From an uncultured Gammaproteobacteria bacterium (GTDB taxonomy: Bacteria > Patescibacteriota > Microgenomatia > UBA12405): 64,000 nucleotides of DNA. Where the stretch lies: contig CAZIZX010000004.1 in the NCBI GenBank assembly GCA_964544275.1, positions 20,251 through 84,250 of the forward strand. Direction: 5' to 3'. Positions 40,201 through 47,846 of this stretch are shown here, in pieces. Both the position numbers and the translations under genes were made by a program. Under the pieces are notes generated by a model. The model saw nothing but the letters and a program-made list of their open reading frames with translations, was not told the origin of the DNA and ran no database searches. Position 1 is the first letter of the stretch. Every line of letters begins with the position of its first letter.

Positions 40201-40947
40201 TTCATCATCGCAAATACTTATTTTTCCTTTTTCAAAAAAGTCATTAAATTCAATATATAAATTTGATACCACATTCCTCAGTTCATTAACTGAATATGAT
40301 TCCCCTTTGACAAATTTTTTACCCCAGGCTTGAAACGAAGGAAAATTTTGTTTTAGCTCAATCGAATCCTGAACTCGAGTCAAAGTTGTTTTATATTGAT
40401 GCTTATTTATTAAACCTACATAGCTCACTACTTTCCAAAATAAATAATCAGCCAAAGCATACATTCGGACTGTGTCTTCCCGGTCAGATGAATTGAAAAA
40501 TTTGCAAAACGTTTCGTATATATGATTAACGAACTCTTTTTTAAGATAAATACCAAAATCTTGTTTTATTACCTCTTTAAAATGGTTTTTGAATTCACTA
40601 ATTATTAATTCGTTGCCATAAATTACTTTTCCGTCCAAGTAAGTTCCCAGTCGTAATGGCCAAATAAGATCTATTTCACCGATGTCTTTGTAAACCAGAT
40701 TTTTGCCAAGCATTATAGTTTGGTACTTATGACCATTGAAAATTCCTTCAAATGTTTCTTTAAAATCAGGCGATTTCATTATAACTGTCAACTCAACATC
40801 TGAATATTTATCATCCTCATTTCTGCACACCGAGCCATATAAAATTATTGCCTCAATTTCACCTTTATATTTATCTCTAATTAATTCAACGAGACTATTA
40901 ATAAAGTCAACTCTTTCATCGTGTGTTTTTATAAATGGGTAGATCAT
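40189..40947 (-). CDS. Kanamycin nucleotidyltransferase (ANT(4')/KNTase)-like protein
   Basis: LYGSVCRNEDDKYSDVEL matches the KNTase-type motif YGS..R..D..YSD.E; helical C-terminal domain; 252 aa. Confidence 0.65.
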   Translation of the reverse strand: MIYPFIKTHDERVDFINSLVELIRDKYKGEIEAIILYGSVCRNEDDKYSDVELTVIMKSPDFKETFEGIFNGHKYQTIMLGKNLVYKDIGEIDLIWPLRLGTYLDGKVIYGNELIISEFKNHFKEVIKQDFGIYLKKEFVNHIYETFCKFFNSSDREDTVRMYALADYLFWKVVSYVGLINKHQYKTTLTRVQDSIELKQNFPSFQAWGKKFVKGESYSVNELRNVVSNLYIEFNDFFEKGKISICDDELRY

Positions 40948-40964
40948 ATTTTGCTGAATAAATA

Positions 40965-42473
40965 TTAGTTTTTAAATTGGGATTGAATAGACTCAATCAA
41001 CTGTTTTCTGATTATCTTGCCGCTACTGGTTCTAGGAAAATTGCTAATCCAAAAAAATCTTTTTGGGATTTTATTGGGGGGTAATTTTTGTTTAAAAACT
41101 TGTGATAGGTAGTTTTCATTTTCTTGGTGGCTAGGCTCATCATTTTCAGCTTTAGTTTCTATACAAAGAATTACTTTTTTAACATTGTCAATTTCAATGC
41201 TCCCTGCGACAACCACTAAAGCAGGATCTTCTCTCTTTACAACATTTTCAATTTCCTGCGGGTAAATATTTTCCCCATTTATCGTAAACATGTCATCTGT
41301 TCTACCTATCAAATATAGGTAGCCATCTTCATCGAGATATCCAGTGTCGTTTGTATGATGATATCCCAATTCATCAGAACACGCTGCAATCTTGCCGTCC
41401 TTAATATAGCCTAATGAGGTATTGTGGCCGGATGTTAATACTTCACCTTTTTGGAAAGGTTCACTTTCAATTTTATTGTTTTCAATATTGAGAATTTTGG
41501 TGTTGCACCCCTTAATCGCTTTTCCTACTGAGTTGGCTTTCCATAAGAAGTATTGTGAGGAGGTATGCAAAGGTGATAACTCAGTTTTGCCATATGCCTG
41601 ATATAAGTGTTTGCCAGTATTTTCATACCATTTCTTCTCAGTGGTAGCAGACAAGTAATCTGCCCCGCATAAAAAATATCTAAAATTTTCTAAACATTTT
41701 TTTACCTTCGCTGGATCTGATAAAAGCAAATCATAAACAGCAGGAATTCCAAATAGTGTATTGGCTTTTGAATCTTCCAGTTTTGCGAAGATTCCATCAG
41801 GGTCGGATAGTTTTATGTTGTCCAAATATAAGGTAGAACCGCAAAATATTGAGGCATTAAATATTACATTCTGCCCATAGCAATGGTAAAAAGGTAAAAA
41901 GCAAAAAATCTTATCTTCTGGGTGTATACCACAGTAGAAAGTAGCCATTTTCCGGTTATAAATTACATTCAAATGAGATAAGGCTACGGCTTTGGGTATA
42001 TTAGTAGTACCCGACGTAAATTGTATTGTCGCCAAATCATTGTATTGCTTATCTTCAATAATTAGGTCGGATTCAAAGTCCAAGCCGATTAACTTATCAA
42101 CTTCAACAATTTTTCTTTTTTGATTTAGTTTTTTGGAATATTCAGAATTTGTAAATATGAATTTTAAATCAAGCTTATTTACAACAGTCTCAATTAATTC
42201 CTCTGGCCAGTTTTGATTCAAAGATACTACGATATTTCCAGTTGCCAGAATTGAATAGTAGGCTACTATCCAGTCTATGCTATTTGGCATAAGTATTGCT
42301 AGCTTGTTGTCTTGGGAATTTTTTAGTGTCTCTCGAATATATTTTGATAAAGCGGCTACTTTAGTAGCTAATTGACCATAAGTAATATTGTCTTTGCTGA
42401 CCATGTCGACAACAGCCACCTCTTTTTCGAGGGTCAGTTTTTGCTCTTCAATTATTAAAGCTATGTTCGGCAT
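40965..42473 (-). CDS. AMP-dependent synthetase/ligase (ANL adenylation enzyme)
   Basis: FTSGTTNIPK, LPFYHCYG, YGKTE, GR.DD...NGENIYP.EIE and PRTSSGK motifs. Confidence 0.9.
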   Translation of the reverse strand: MPNIALIIEEQKLTLEKEVAVVDMVSKDNITYGQLATKVAALSKYIRETLKNSQDNKLAILMPNSIDWIVAYYSILATGNIVVSLNQNWPEELIETVVNKLDLKFIFTNSEYSKKLNQKRKIVEVDKLIGLDFESDLIIEDKQYNDLATIQFTSGTTNIPKAVALSHLNVIYNRKMATFYCGIHPEDKIFCFLPFYHCYGQNVIFNASIFCGSTLYLDNIKLSDPDGIFAKLEDSKANTLFGIPAVYDLLLSDPAKVKKCLENFRYFLCGADYLSATTEKKWYENTGKHLYQAYGKTELSPLHTSSQYFLWKANSVGKAIKGCNTKILNIENNKIESEPFQKGEVLTSGHNTSLGYIKDGKIAACSDELGYHHTNDTGYLDEDGYLYLIGRTDDMFTINGENIYPQEIENVVKREDPALVVVAGSIEIDNVKKVILCIETKAENDEPSHQENENYLSQVFKQKLPPNKIPKRFFWISNFPRTSSGKIIRKQLIESIQSQFKN

Positions 42474-42486
42474 ATTATAAAGGTTA

Positions 42487-43074
42487 TTAATTAATTATTA
42501 TTTGAAGTATCTTTGATTTTTGATAACAATCCTCAATAGAATCTGGTTGCCACCAACCTTGGAGCTCGCTATTAGGTATCAATACTTTGTCTGCACAGGG
42601 AATCCTACCCGGACTAAATCTCCAACCCATAGGCCATAAGTCAACAGATTGATCAGGTTTGCCTTCGCGAACTTGTAGCGGCATACTGCCACTAAACTTT
42701 AAACCGAGCCGTGATTCGATAGCTAAATTTATAGCTACATGGTGGAACTGGTTTGGTAATCCCGGCACACCGACTAATAGCCTTGGTTTAAAAGCCTCCT
42801 CTCTTGTTACCAGATCTCTGTCGTAAACATAACTGGCATTTTTGATTACCCACCGGCTTTCTTCAGGATGTGATTGAAAGAACGATGTGTACCCTTCAAC
42901 ATATACTTCTTCAAATACCTGGTCAAAATCAACAACTCGGCCATTCGAATATCTCCATCTAACTCTCCAGTTATTTAATCCGTATTTCTCTGTCAATTCG
43001 GCTTCAATTCTGTCTCTATCTCTCCCAAAGAAGCCAATATTTTCTATAGTTTCCCATGCTTCGACATCTGACAT
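42487..43074 (-). CDS. Hypothetical protein
   Basis: Trp-rich ORF; likely ATG at 43074, just downstream of a TATTAT box. Confidence 0.6.
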   Translation of the reverse strand: MSDVEAWETIENIGFFGRDRDRIEAELTEKYGLNNWRVRWRYSNGRVVDFDQVFEEVYVEGYTSFFQSHPEESRWVIKNASYVYDRDLVTREEAFKPRLLVGVPGLPNQFHHVAINLAIESRLGLKFSGSMPLQVREGKPDQSVDLWPMGWRFSPGRIPCADKVLIPNSELQGWWQPDSIEDCYQKSKILQIIIN

Positions 43075-43181
43075 TCTGTAATAATAACACCAAATCCATA
43101 TTATTGAATGTTTAGTTGGCAAGATCCACTATAATCATAGTACTACATAAAGTCTTCGTCATATACTGTCAAGCAATGGCT

Positions 43182-44033
43182 TTATTTTATATCTTTATCC
43201 AGGACGACTAGGTGTGGAATTGATAATTTTATCAAGTCATCTTTCAGTTTAGATAATCCGACATAAATGCCTGGGTGACATTCACTCATTTTCTTTTTGC
43301 TTCCACAAACACATTTTTTGTAACCTTTGATATTTTTCCTCTTTTTGAGCATTTGCTGAAGAGTGAACTTTTCTTCAGACCGAATTACCATCGAAAACAC
43401 TTTCTCCGTTTTCTCTCGTGAATGAGAATGTGTCTCCCCGTATTTCTCGATAATCCCTAATACGCCGTGAGCATATTCTCCCCAAGGCCAGTGTCGGTAC
43501 CTTTGGTAAAAAGTCTGCTCGTAAAAAAATGGAATAACCATCTGGTTAATGAATTCACTCAACTTAAATCCTGAGGGGAAGTATTCAACTTCAGCCCCCG
43601 CCACACACAGACAAACTGCCCCGTTTGGATTAACGTGAAGATCCGGCAGGTCAATTAAGTTACCCTTGGCGAAGCTCTCAATTTTTTTATCGACTTCAAA
43701 CACATGTGGCAGTTTTGAGGATGGAGTAGAGGTGAATGTCATTTTTATCTGGTATTCATCCTCAACATAGACTCCATTGCTTTGCCCGCCCGCCTGTGGT
43801 CCTATTAAAAACGAGTTATCTGAATTGTTGTAGCTCATAGCAAATTTCAAATTGCCTTGAATTTCATCAACCCCATCAACCCGTCTATCCGCAGTCAATA
43901 GAGGATGGTATTTTTTGAGCCACCCTAGATCTTTGATGGCGAGCCTTAGGTCAAAAGGTTCTCCACGGTTTGGGCGGTGAATGTCCGACATAGACGTTTT
44001 GGGTAAACTGCTTATTATCCTCAAGCTCTTCAT
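43182..44033 (-). CDS. Prokaryotic E2 (UBC-like) protein with C-terminal SEC-C motif
   Basis: P.VFE, HVNPNGAVCL, IPFFY, WPWGEYAHG and C.CGS.KK...CH motifs. The true start is uncertain. Confidence 0.6.
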   Translation of the reverse strand: MKSLRIISSLPKTSMSDIHRPNRGEPFDLRLAIKDLGWLKKYHPLLTADRRVDGVDEIQGNLKFAMSYNNSDNSFLIGPQAGGQSNGVYVEDEYQIKMTFTSTPSSKLPHVFEVDKKIESFAKGNLIDLPDLHVNPNGAVCLCVAGAEVEYFPSGFKLSEFINQMVIPFFYEQTFYQRYRHWPWGEYAHGVLGIIEKYGETHSHSREKTEKVFSMVIRSEEKFTLQQMLKKRKNIKGYKKCVCGSKKKMSECHPGIYVGLSKLKDDLIKLSIPHLVVLDKDIK

Positions 44034-44214
44034 TGAATATCATTTTCCAATAAGAAAGCGATCCCTCAATATTTCCATCGGATTCCTTATCGACGGCATT
44101 GGAGATTATTTCGTGAAGAGACTGAATTTTTCCCTTGATCGATTCTCTTGTCCAATCGTCCCAATCATCAAGGAAAAATCACCCGAAGAGAGGATTAGAG
44201 GCTATGTGATCCAT
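43951..44214 (-). pseudogene. Probable C-terminal remnant of a CD-NTase/SMODS nucleotidyltransferase
   Basis: Manual translation gives MDHIASNPLFG*FFLDDWDDWTRESIKGKIQSLHEIISNAVDKESDGNIEGSLSYWKMIFNEELEDNKQFTQNVYVGHSPPKPWRTF*. Confidence 0.45.
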
Positions 44215-44303
44215 GTCCTAAAAACTGGATTCTCGGAAGAAAAACAGGATATATTGACACTATTTAAGACAAGATTTATTTTAGAAGACAAGCAAATAAG
44301 TAT

Positions 44304-44334
44304 TTCCCCGAGGCCAGCCTCTGGCCTCGGGGAA
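44304..44334. terminator. Perfect 14-bp GC-rich hairpin downstream of the HNH gene
   Basis: TTCCCCGAGGCCAG-CCT-CTGGCCTCGGGGAA. Confidence 0.55.
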
Positions 44335-44346
44335 TGAAAGCCAACT

Positions 44347-44622
44347 TTAAATCAAGTTGCCACCTTTTACACTGTTATTGTGCCAGTTAAGAGGCTGAAG
44401 ATTAGAATAATGGTCCGATCCACCCTTTGAAACCGGGATGATATGATCAATTTCCCAACCATATTCCGAATTTCGGTTGCCATAATCGACAAATCGCATC
44501 GCAGTACCAAATTTGTCAAAACGGTATTCATTACTCACATCAATGCCGTCTCTGGTGGCTGGACCACCTTTGTTCCAAACAAATAATTTAACTTGATCAG
44601 TAATACTAATTTGATTTAACAT
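44347..44622 (-). CDS. Small HNH endonuclease
   Basis: GWEIDHIIPVSKGGSD..SNLQPL...NN..K motif. Confidence 0.88.
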   Translation of the reverse strand: MLNQISITDQVKLFVWNKGGPATRDGIDVSNEYRFDKFGTAMRFVDYGNRNSEYGWEIDHIIPVSKGGSDHYSNLQPLNWHNNSVKGGNLI

Positions 44623-44685
44623 TTTTTAATTAATAATTATAAATTGCAAAATCTTCCAGAACCGATACAATGAATGTTGAAGTGG

Positions 44686-44725
44686 AAAAGACGTCTGAGA
44701 AGATTTTATCTTAGGCGTCTTTTTT
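44686..44725 (+). terminator. Intrinsic terminator of a putative antisense small RNA
   Basis: 15-bp stem AAAAGACGTCTGAGA/TCTTAGGCGTCTTTT with two G:U pairs on the + strand, followed by a T run. Confidence 0.6.
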
Positions 44726-45004
44726 ATTGGGTTAATTCGGGCATGATTATATTAAACCTATAATTACGCCAGATATATTTGAACCTCATATCTAGCGTTC
44801 GAAGATATAATATTCACTACCACTAGTGTGTGTCAACTGCAAATTAATAGTACAAAGATGATCAAAGTTCCGGTAAATACCGGACGCATCCCCTCAAGGA
44901 CATGGGTCTGGAACGAAATTGAAGCTAAACAGGAACAAATAGAAAAATGGTCAAGGGAGTAGCATCACCTATATTACATGGAACTATCGGGAACAAGCAA
45001 ACAT

Positions 45005-45081
45005 TGGCGGGCCCAATGGGATTCGAACCCACGATCTTCCGCGTGACAGGCGGATGTGCTAGACCGCTGCACCATGGGCCC
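45005..45081 (-). tRNA. tRNA-Asp(GTC)
   Basis: Reverse complement GGGCCCATGGTGCAGCGG...CTGTCAC...GGTTCGAATCCC...GCCA, with CCA encoded. Confidence 0.95.
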
Positions 45082-45218
45082 TGCTACAAAAAGTACATGA
45101 TACTATACCAAACCTCCCTCAAGCTGACAACCAGTAGGAAAATACTAAATGCCAAGCCTTAGACGCAAACTTAAACCCGTTCATGGCCTTTATTTAAAAA
45201 ATTTTCTATAATTAACAC

Positions 45219-46256
45219 ATGTACCTCGAAAAAGAAAATTACACCAATAGTGAGATTGGAGAATTGCTGGAAAATATCGCTACCGCCTACGAAATCAAGA
45301 ACAAAAATTTTTTCAGAATTATTTCCTACCAAAATGCTGCTGAAACCATCTTTAATCAAACCCGACCAGTCCAAAAATTATGGCAAAAAGACAAATCTCT
45401 TCTTGACCAATTACCAGGAATTGGCGAAAATATCCTAGAAAAATTAGATTATCTCTTCACTCACCACGATCTTCACCCGGCTATCAAAAAAGCATTTTCC
45501 AACATCCACCCGGTTGTCTTCACTTTTACCAAAATCACCGGAGTTGGCCCCAAAACTGCTCACAAGCTGACTAAAAACCTTGAGTTTAAGGAAGACCCCG
45601 AAGATGCCCTGGAACAATTGGTTGAGTACGCCCAGCAAGAAAAAATTCGCCACTTTCCTGATTTCGGCCAACGTTCAGAGGAACTCATCCTAGAAAACAC
45701 TCTTAACTTTATGGGGCGGCAAAAAAGAATGAGCTTAAGTCAAGCCCAAAAAATTTCCGACAAACTTATTAAATATCTGAAGAAAGAATTTCCAGACACC
45801 GAGTTTATCCCGCTTGGCTCCCTCCGAAGAAAAGCCTCGTCTGTCGGAGATATCGATATCGCCGTCAAAAGTACTGAAACTGAAAAAATTCTGGAGCATT
45901 TTATTAATTATCCCGACAATATCCAAACAATTACCCAAGGTCCCAAAAAAGCCTCCATCAAAATCAGAAACGATATCAGAGTCGATTTAATGGTCCAACC
46001 ACCCCAAACCTTTGGTTCTCTTCTGCAACATTTTACCGGCTCCCGTCAACACAACATCCTGCTTCGGCGCTATGCCCAAAACTTGGGCTACAGCCTGTCC
46101 GAGTACGGTATCAAAGACTTGCGTACCGACAAAATTAACACTTTTGACAATGAAACCGATTTTTATAACTTCCTCAAACTCTGTTACATTGAGCCGGAAA
46201 ATAGAATAGGGGAATATGAAATCGAAGAAGCTCAAAAATGTTATACTAAAAAATAA
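45219..46256 (+). CDS. polX: DNA polymerase X family (no PHP domain)
   Basis: LPGIG, GVGPKTA, GSLRR, GDIDI, RVDL and FTGS..HN motifs. Confidence 0.88.
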   Translation: MYLEKENYTNSEIGELLENIATAYEIKNKNFFRIISYQNAAETIFNQTRPVQKLWQKDKSLLDQLPGIGENILEKLDYLFTHHDLHPAIKKAFSNIHPVVFTFTKITGVGPKTAHKLTKNLEFKEDPEDALEQLVEYAQQEKIRHFPDFGQRSEELILENTLNFMGRQKRMSLSQAQKISDKLIKYLKKEFPDTEFIPLGSLRRKASSVGDIDIAVKSTETEKILEHFINYPDNIQTITQGPKKASIKIRNDIRVDLMVQPPQTFGSLLQHFTGSRQHNILLRRYAQNLGYSLSEYGIKDLRTDKINTFDNETDFYNFLKLCYIEPENRIGEYEIEEAQKCYTKK

Positions 46257-46278
46257 TAATTAATTTTTAAAACCAAAG

Positions 46279-46860
46279 ATGACTATCGTAATTATCGCTA
46301 TTTTAGCTTTGTTAGTACTTTTCGTCATCGGTTTTTTCAACCGAATGAAAACTTATCAAGTCAGAATTAAGGCTTCGGTCCAGGAAATTGGTAACCAGCT
46401 AAAACGCCAAGCTAATCTTATTCCTAATTTAGTCGATTCTGCCAAAGGTTACATGAAGCACGAAAAAGGGATATTTGATAACTTAACCGACGCCCGAAAA
46501 ATGATTGCTCAGGCCGTCGATACCAACGACACCAAAAAACTTGATCAGTCGCAAGAAATGATCGGCAAAGCTCTCGGAGCTCTTCGTGTAATTGTCGAAA
46601 GTAATCCTGAAATAAAAGCCTCCGAAGTTGTCTCCAACCTAATGAATGAATTGCGTGATACCTCCGATAAAATCATGTATGCCCGTCGCACTCTCATCGA
46701 TTTAACCGCTGACTACAACACTGCCATCCACACCATCCCTGGTATTTGGTTAGCTTCACTGTTCGGTTTCCAAGAAGAAAAAGGTCTACAAACAGCCTTG
46801 GAAGGTGAACATATCCAAGTATCGGAATCTGACACCAAAAACCCCACTGTCAGCCTTTAA
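46279..46860 (+). CDS. lemA: LemA family protein
   Basis: QLKRQANLIPNLV, YMKHE and E.NPEIKA motifs. Confidence 0.88.
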   Translation: MTIVIIAILALLVLFVIGFFNRMKTYQVRIKASVQEIGNQLKRQANLIPNLVDSAKGYMKHEKGIFDNLTDARKMIAQAVDTNDTKKLDQSQEMIGKALGALRVIVESNPEIKASEVVSNLMNELRDTSDKIMYARRTLIDLTADYNTAIHTIPGIWLASLFGFQEEKGLQTALEGEHIQVSESDTKNPTVSL

Positions 46861-46864
46861 CTCT

Positions 46865-47749
46865 ATGCTCAACGTCTACGAACAGGTATCAAGCAACAAG
46901 CTTAGGTCCAATGTAATTATGCTTCTTTTTGTCACCTTCATCGTTGGTGTCGCCTATGCCATTTCTTATGCTTTCGAATTGGGTACACCTTTCATAATTT
47001 TCGCCTTTATCTTCTCCATAGTTTCTGCCGGAATCAGTTATCTGTGGGGCGACAAGATCGTACTCGGCCTCAACAAAGCTCGACCGGCTTCCCGTCAGGA
47101 ATTTTTCGATTTTTACACCATTACCGAGAATTTAAGCTTAGGCCAAGGAACTCCCATGCCCCAAATTTATGTCATCGACAGCCCCGCCATGAACGCCTTT
47201 GCCACTGGCCGTGATCCCAAAAATTCTGTTATTTGTGCCACCACCGGCCTCCTTCAAAAACTGAACCGAACCCAGCTTGAGGGCGTAATTGCTCACGAAT
47301 TGTCCCATATCCAAAACTACGACATCCGTCTTATGACCATCGTCAGCATCCTCATCGGTTCGCTTTCAATTCTTATCAATGTCGCTTCAAGAAGCATGTT
47401 TTACCGCCCTCGCGGCCGGGACAGAAACAATTCTAGTGGAATTTTCATGATTGTCGGCTTAGTTCTAATAATATTTGCCCCCATAATTGCTCAGTTAATT
47501 CAACTGGCTATTTCCCGAAGGAGGGAATATTTAGCCGACGCTTCTGGGGTTAAACTAACTCGTCAACCCCAAGGATTAATTGAAGCCCTAAAAATTATTG
47601 CCGCTGACTCAAATCCTTTCAAAACGGCCTCCACTGCCACTGCTTCACTTTACATCAAAAACCCGTTTAAAGGCGACAAAATCGCCAGTCTTTTTTCTAC
47701 CCACCCGCCCATCGAAGAAAGAATCAAAACACTGGAACAAATGCTTTAA
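46865..47749 (+). CDS. htpX: HtpX M48 zinc protease
   Basis: NAFATG, AHELSH, SRRREYLAD and FSTHPP..ERI motifs. ATG at 46865. Confidence 0.92.
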   Translation: MLNVYEQVSSNKLRSNVIMLLFVTFIVGVAYAISYAFELGTPFIIFAFIFSIVSAGISYLWGDKIVLGLNKARPASRQEFFDFYTITENLSLGQGTPMPQIYVIDSPAMNAFATGRDPKNSVICATTGLLQKLNRTQLEGVIAHELSHIQNYDIRLMTIVSILIGSLSILINVASRSMFYRPRGRDRNNSSGIFMIVGLVLIIFAPIIAQLIQLAISRRREYLADASGVKLTRQPQGLIEALKIIAADSNPFKTASTATASLYIKNPFKGDKIASLFSTHPPIEERIKTLEQML

Positions 47750-47846
47750 ATCTAGACCATTTTAGTTTATATTAAAGTAACCCTGCCTCAAATATAGTGC
47801 CCCACTGTATCTTGAAACAATTACCTTAATCCTGCAAAATTAAACC

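Larger units (their letters stand above)
34549..45004. mobile_element. Genomic island abutting the 3' end of tRNA-Asp
   Basis: The host C-rich strand skew is lost and genes are accessory. The 12-bp direct repeat TGGGTCTGGAAC occurs at 34549-34560 and 44903-44914. No integrase was seen. Confidence 0.55.

Noticed and set aside
43981-44337. 118-aa plus-strand ORF
   Set aside because: It has no motif and runs through the GC hairpin. The opposite strand gives a more protein-like CD-NTase-type tail. It is not fully excluded.
44947-45162. 71-aa ORF containing GFEP
   Set aside because: It is a translation of the antisense strand of tRNA-Asp.
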